Positions 28,189-32,169 of a stretch of DNA of 32,169 nt are shown piece after piece. Each line of letters begins with the position of its first letter. Position 1 is the stretch's first letter. Below the pieces are notes generated by a model, which was not told where the DNA came from, ran no database searches, and worked only from the letters and a program-made list of their open reading frames with translations. The position numbers and the translations under genes were made by a program. Source of the stretch: Spirulina sp. (GTDB lineage: Bacteria; Cyanobacteriota; Cyanobacteriia; Phormidesmidales; Phormidesmidaceae); contig JBIPSI010000044.1 of assembly GCA_044070495.1 (NCBI GenBank), positions 1 to 32,169 of the forward strand, read 5' to 3'.

Positions 28189-30045
28189 ATGCCTGGGATC
28201 AGCATGAACTCCAAAGAGCTTGAGTACTTCCCTAAATTTCTTCGATCTTATGACGAGATGCTTCAGCATTTTGACGAACAGCTTGGCGATCTACCAGACA
28301 TAGAGAAAGGAGAAAATTTTGAAAAGTTCTCTATTAACGTCATCCCTTACTCAGATTTGGGTAATGATTTTGAAAAGCCTAAGCGTGTAAAAAAAGAGCA
28401 AGGGCATCAGTCAAGAGATGGGGGAGCTGATTTAATAGCTCATAGTTTTGATGGAAATAAAATTCTTTGTATTCAGGCAACGTACAAGATACACAAGTCC
28501 GACACCTTGGATACAAAAATAAATAGACTTTGGGACTTCTATCAAAAACTATCATCTGAAGAGCAAATAGATTCTAATTTCAGCAAGCAAAATACAACAA
28601 CTCCTCTCATTCCAGGCTTAGAAATTCCAGGCATGGTCTCTTCAAAAGAGTACCATTTTGCTATCGTAACTCTTAATGATATTAGCGGAATAATTGAATC
28701 ATTTGAAAATCGTCAAAGACCTATTTATGAAAATCTGAAGGAAGCCAATAAAATTCATATTATTCATGGACATCAGCTACTAACTATTCTTCGTAATGCA
28801 TATAGAAAATCTTTTACTATACCAACTAGCATCTGTTTGAACTTAGAAGAGGGGCCACTAAGAGTTGAAAATTCCAGTGGCAAGGTTTACATAGGTGTGG
28901 TTGCAGGCACAGAACTTAAGAAATGCTACGACGACCATGGTGAATCTATCTTCTTTGAAAACATTCGTGAGTTTTTAGGCCCGAAGAGCGGTAAGAAGCA
29001 AGAGGATAGAGAGGGAGTTAATAGGGCTATTGAAAAGACAATAACTGACGAGCCAGAAAGTATGCTTGCTAAGAATAATGGTGTGACCTTTCGTGCTGAA
29101 AAGGTCTCTGCCAACGAAAATACTCTTAATCTAGACAAGGCAAGCATCGTTAATGGCTGTCAAACAACTATGTCTCTTGTCAGAAATCCAAAGAAGGAAG
29201 CTAAGGTTCTTGTAAAAGTTGTCGAGATTCAAGATTCTGGAAATTCATGGAATATTGCCAAATCAGCCAACTATCAAAATCCTGTTGATCTAATTCAACT
29301 GGATTTAGCTAAGTATATCAGATATCAAGTTGTCAAAAGAGCTGCTGTTGTATCTGGTTTTAGCTTAAATGTCCCTAACAGTTCTTCAATACTTGATATG
29401 ATGAATACAATCAATCAAGAGAGTGGCAAATATCAAGCAATATACTCACTTTTTGTTGGACTTTTCAGCTTATCTGCAACTAATACTGTCAATAACTTAT
29501 ATACCAAGCTTAGAGAAGAAGTCCTTGAAGAATTTTATAGAGATCCTGAGCGAGAAGATATCTTTCGCATTTTAGCTAAGCTGGATCAAGCATCCAATGA
29601 AGGAGTGCGAGAAGTTGAAAGTATATATGATTCCGAAGGACTGGATGATAGTTCTCTTGTTCAAAGATTTTTGAATCCAGAAAAAGATAATTACAGGGCT
29701 CTGCTAACAATACTAGCTAGCTGTGCATGCATGGGCAGAAATCTATATGCTCCACCAAGCAACTATTCAGAGATTTCTCAGTTTTTGACTGATGTTGAGC
29801 AGGTTCTGAATAGCGACATCTGGACATTTGTAGACTATTTTACATGGGCATTTCAATCTCTTGTAGCCATAACAGATGCGACTAAAAATCGGAATGAAAA
29901 CTCGAAAGAGTTAAGCAACAAAGTCTCCAGAGCAAGATTTGAAAACCTATATGATGATGTACGACGGCAGGCATCAATTGAGATTGCTAAAGCAAAACGT
30001 AGAAGTTCAAGATCTTCAGAAGCGTTAGGCAAGCAAAACAAGTGA
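28189..30045 (+). CDS. AIPR-family protein with N-terminal restriction-endonuclease-like domain
   Basis: IFFENIREFLG, NNGVT, IVNGCQTT, ANYQN are AIPR motifs. N-terminal FE...DGGAD...CIQAT is Mrr-like. AT-rich. Alternative ATG at 28204. Confidence 0.85.
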   Translation: MPGISMNSKELEYFPKFLRSYDEMLQHFDEQLGDLPDIEKGENFEKFSINVIPYSDLGNDFEKPKRVKKEQGHQSRDGGADLIAHSFDGNKILCIQATYKIHKSDTLDTKINRLWDFYQKLSSEEQIDSNFSKQNTTTPLIPGLEIPGMVSSKEYHFAIVTLNDISGIIESFENRQRPIYENLKEANKIHIIHGHQLLTILRNAYRKSFTIPTSICLNLEEGPLRVENSSGKVYIGVVAGTELKKCYDDHGESIFFENIREFLGPKSGKKQEDREGVNRAIEKTITDEPESMLAKNNGVTFRAEKVSANENTLNLDKASIVNGCQTTMSLVRNPKKEAKVLVKVVEIQDSGNSWNIAKSANYQNPVDLIQLDLAKYIRYQVVKRAAVVSGFSLNVPNSSSILDMMNTINQESGKYQAIYSLFVGLFSLSATNTVNNLYTKLREEVLEEFYRDPEREDIFRILAKLDQASNEGVREVESIYDSEGLDDSSLVQRFLNPEKDNYRALLTILASCACMGRNLYAPPSNYSEISQFLTDVEQVLNSDIWTFVDYFTWAFQSLVAITDATKNRNENSKELSNKVSRARFENLYDDVRRQASIEIAKAKRRSSRSSEALGKQNK

Positions 30046-30168
30046 AGAGGCGATCTGACCCTTTGGAAGGCCTTAATTTCTCCATAACGTGTGCCCTCAT
30101 TAATTTCTACTTAAATTGAAGTTTTAATGCATCATAATACTTTGCTAGAGTGGAAAATGAGATATATT

Positions 30169-30271
30169 TACAGCGTTTCTGGCTTGCGTTAGGAATGACA
30201 AAAACTTGAAACTCTTGCTGTAGCTAGATTCTAGATTAACACTGCACCTTGCTAAGTTAAGGAGCGCTGTA
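30169..30271. mobile_element. possible degenerate MITE (103 bp)
   Basis: Ends TACAGCGTTTCT... and ...AAGGAGCGCTGTA form an imperfect inverted repeat with TA at both ends. Confidence 0.45.
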
Positions 30272-30302
30272 GATTCACATAGGATAGTGAGTGGGCATTG
30301 TT

Positions 30303-30692
30303 ATGAGTACTCAAATCACGATTACCTTGCCAGACGACATTTACCAACGAGCTGAACGCTTTGCGCGGCTTGCAAATCGAGACATTGCCAGTGTTTTAGC
30401 CGACACGATTCAACATTCCATCCCACCCGTCAGCCTAGATGTTCTTGGCCTGCAACCAGTCGCCGATCTCTCTGACGAAGAAGTTTTAGCCCTCACAGAG
30501 CTACAGATGGAGCCAGCACAAGATGCTCGATTAAGCACATTGCTTGATCATCAACAGGCCAACCTGATTACCGAAAACGAGCGCTTAGAGCTACAAGCGC
30601 TCATGCAACTTTATCAAGAGGGTCTGCTGCGTAAAGCAACCGCCCTTAGCGAGGCCGTCAAACGTGGGTTAGTGGAACCCTTGAGCCAGTGA
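30303..30692 (+). CDS. antitoxin-like protein coupled to the HNH gene
   Basis: MSTQITITLPDDIYQRAER is RHH-like. Stop overlaps the next GTG start (GTGA). Confidence 0.75.
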   Translation: MSTQITITLPDDIYQRAERFARLANRDIASVLADTIQHSIPPVSLDVLGLQPVADLSDEEVLALTELQMEPAQDARLSTLLDHQQANLITENERLELQALMQLYQEGLLRKATALSEAVKRGLVEPLSQ

Positions 30693-31111
30693 GCCAAATC
30701 CCTGAAGATATTCGACAGCGAGTGAGGGAGGCGGCTAATAACCAGTGCGGTTATTGCCGTAGCCTCCAGAAGTATGTTTTGGGAATTTTGGAAATCGATC
30801 ACATCATTCCTAAAGCGGCAGGTGGTTCTGATGACGAAGAAAACCTATGGCTTGCGTGTCGTTTATGCAATTCCTATAAAGGAATGCAAACTCACGCGAA
30901 AGATCCGCTGACAAATCGTAAGGTTAGGTTATTCAATCCTCGCAAACAAACATGGGTGCGGCACTTCACTTGGTCAGATAGCGGTGCTTATATTTCTGGT
31001 TTGACCGCAAGTGGTCGAGCCACTGTGATAGCGTTGCAGCTTAATAATCCCTATGCGGTTGCTGTCAGACAGGCTTGGATCTCTGCTGGATGGCATCCAC
31101 CGAAAGAATGA
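30689..31111 (+). CDS. HNH endonuclease
   Basis: CGYC...EIDHIIP...GGSDDEENL...CRLCN, then RLFNPR...W..HF.W. Confidence 0.92.
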   Translation: MSQIPEDIRQRVREAANNQCGYCRSLQKYVLGILEIDHIIPKAAGGSDDEENLWLACRLCNSYKGMQTHAKDPLTNRKVRLFNPRKQTWVRHFTWSDSGAYISGLTASGRATVIALQLNNPYAVAVRQAWISAGWHPPKE

Positions 31112-31152
31112 TGTCAGACCTAGCAAATTTTCGAGAATTTAGCCTCGCTATC

Positions 31153-31315
31153 AAGACCTTTCTATGGGTACGATAAGTATCGTGATGAGGATGTAAGGAT
31201 CGCCTTACAAGTTGTTCCTTGCTGGGGAAACCCCGCGCTACTATTAGAGCTAGAAGCCATCATCCTAAGGGCAACTGAGCCTCCTTACAATGCCCAGATT
31301 CCACCTGAAAGGTAA
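31153..31315 (+). pseudogene. GIY-YIG nuclease C-terminal remnant
   Basis: DKYRDEDVRIALQVVPCWGNPALLLELEAIILRATEPPYNAQIPPER* contains the E-x-x-x-L...P-x-Y-N end motif. No N-terminus. Stop lies 4 nt before the next ATG. Confidence 0.6.
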
Positions 31316-31319
31316 TGCG

Positions 31320-31526
31320 ATGCAAGCCAAACTTCAAGAGCAACTTTCCCCCGCTGATGCTGAGGTCATTTTAGAGCGATTGCCTGCTCGGATTCGTGCA
31401 GCCCTACTTGCTCGTGCCGCTGAGATAGAGTATCCAGTTGAGGCCGTCGTTGAAATGGCTATTGCTAGTTTCTTGGATAGTGAGGCGCTAGGCTTTGCAG
31501 ACTGTAAGCCAGGGCGTGGGCAATAG
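31320..31526 (+). CDS. small hypothetical protein (68 aa)
   Basis: MQAKLQEQLSPADAE...FADCKPGRGQ, preceded by AAGG; follows the GIY-YIG remnant. Confidence 0.7.
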   Translation: MQAKLQEQLSPADAEVILERLPARIRAALLARAAEIEYPVEAVVEMAIASFLDSEALGFADCKPGRGQ

Positions 31527-31719
31527 GCAATAGTCTAACGACCCCCATAAAACGGTCAGGTTAGGCGCTGGTTTTTACCTCATCAGATCGGGATGCGAAA
31601 TTTATCAGGCAAATTTAAAGTAGCCAACATGACCCAACCCTAGCAGAAGGCTTTTCCCGTGGAAACGAATTCTTGCATATTGTCGTAACTGAGGCCCCTG
31701 ACCAAGAGGTACTGATCTG

Positions 31720-31992
31720 ATGGCCATCTCAACTGCAACCCTAGAAAGAGAGCGACTGCTGCAACTAGCAGAAGAATATCGCAACAAAGGATATGAGATT
31801 TCTTTTCATCCAAACCCTGAAGACCTACCTGATTTTCTTAGGAATTATCGTCCTGATATGATTGTGCGGCGAGGGGATGAGGCTGTGATCATTGAAGTGA
31901 AATCGCGCCGCTCACTTAATTCCTTCCCTAAGCAATATTTGCAGAATCTAGCCCAATCCGTAGAGCAGCATCCTGGTTGGCGATTTGAGTTA
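31720..31992 (+). pseudogene. PD-(D/E)XK REase-like protein (REase_AHJR-like) interrupted by IS5
   Basis: YRNKGYEI...YRPDMIVRRGDEAVIIEVKS...HPGWRFEL. Residues after FEL are read from the IS end. Confidence 0.8.
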
Positions 31993-32169
31993 GAGGATAT
32001 TTGGAAAGTAGCAATTGGCACAGAGTGCCCCGGAACGCAGAAAAGGCTTCCTGGGTATTAGGCTCAGAGTAACGAACACTGTAGCTCCTTGGAAGCCATG
32101 ACATCAGAGTATTCCAGCCACCTGACCTGTGACCAGTGGGATCTATTATTTCCCTTGCTCCCGGGGCCA
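31993..32169 (+). mobile_element. IS5-family insertion sequence, 5' end (left IR at 31993; transposase start 32098)
   Basis: GAGGATATTTGGAAA preceded by TTA. ATG at 32098 gives MTSEYSSHLTCDQWDLLFPLLPGP, matching the IS5 N-terminal Y-x-S-x-L-T-x-x-Q-W pattern. Confidence 0.88.

Noticed and set aside
1..32169. Composite transposon or IS-bounded mobile unit
   Set aside because: The interior holds core genes (uvrA, tsaB, ndhF1/D1). The two IS copies have different adjacent trinucleotides (TGA versus TTA), and the outer flanks are not visible. Independent insertions are the simpler explanation.

Overview
Cyanobacterial chromosomal segment, inferred from the gene set (ndhF1-ndhD1, hhoA-type protease) and cyanobacterial-style intergenic repeats. 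A GC-rich core runs from ~5.0 to 28.0 kb: uvrA, hhoA, DUF4870, a membrane-anchored lambda-type lysozyme, HAD and alpha/beta hydrolases, a znuC-like ATPase with a Zur-like box, ogt, tsaB, an RND pump with a divergent PadR regulator, ndhF1 and ndhD1. Two accessory islands, largely AT-richer than the core, flank it, each directly downstream of a core gene. The left island lies downstream of uvrA: a DUF433/DUF5615 toxin-antitoxin (TA) pair bracketed by a 166-bp duplication of the uvrA 3' end, a stand-alone OLD nuclease, and decaying TA-like cassettes. The right island lies downstream of ndhD1: a nuclease-AIPR fusion, an antitoxin-like/HNH pair, a GIY-YIG remnant with a small partner gene, and an IS-interrupted REase-like gene. 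Both window ends fall inside same-orientation IS5-family elements. My manual scan found no CGATCG (the HIP1 core) anywhere. All family calls come from motif recognition only; no database searches were run.
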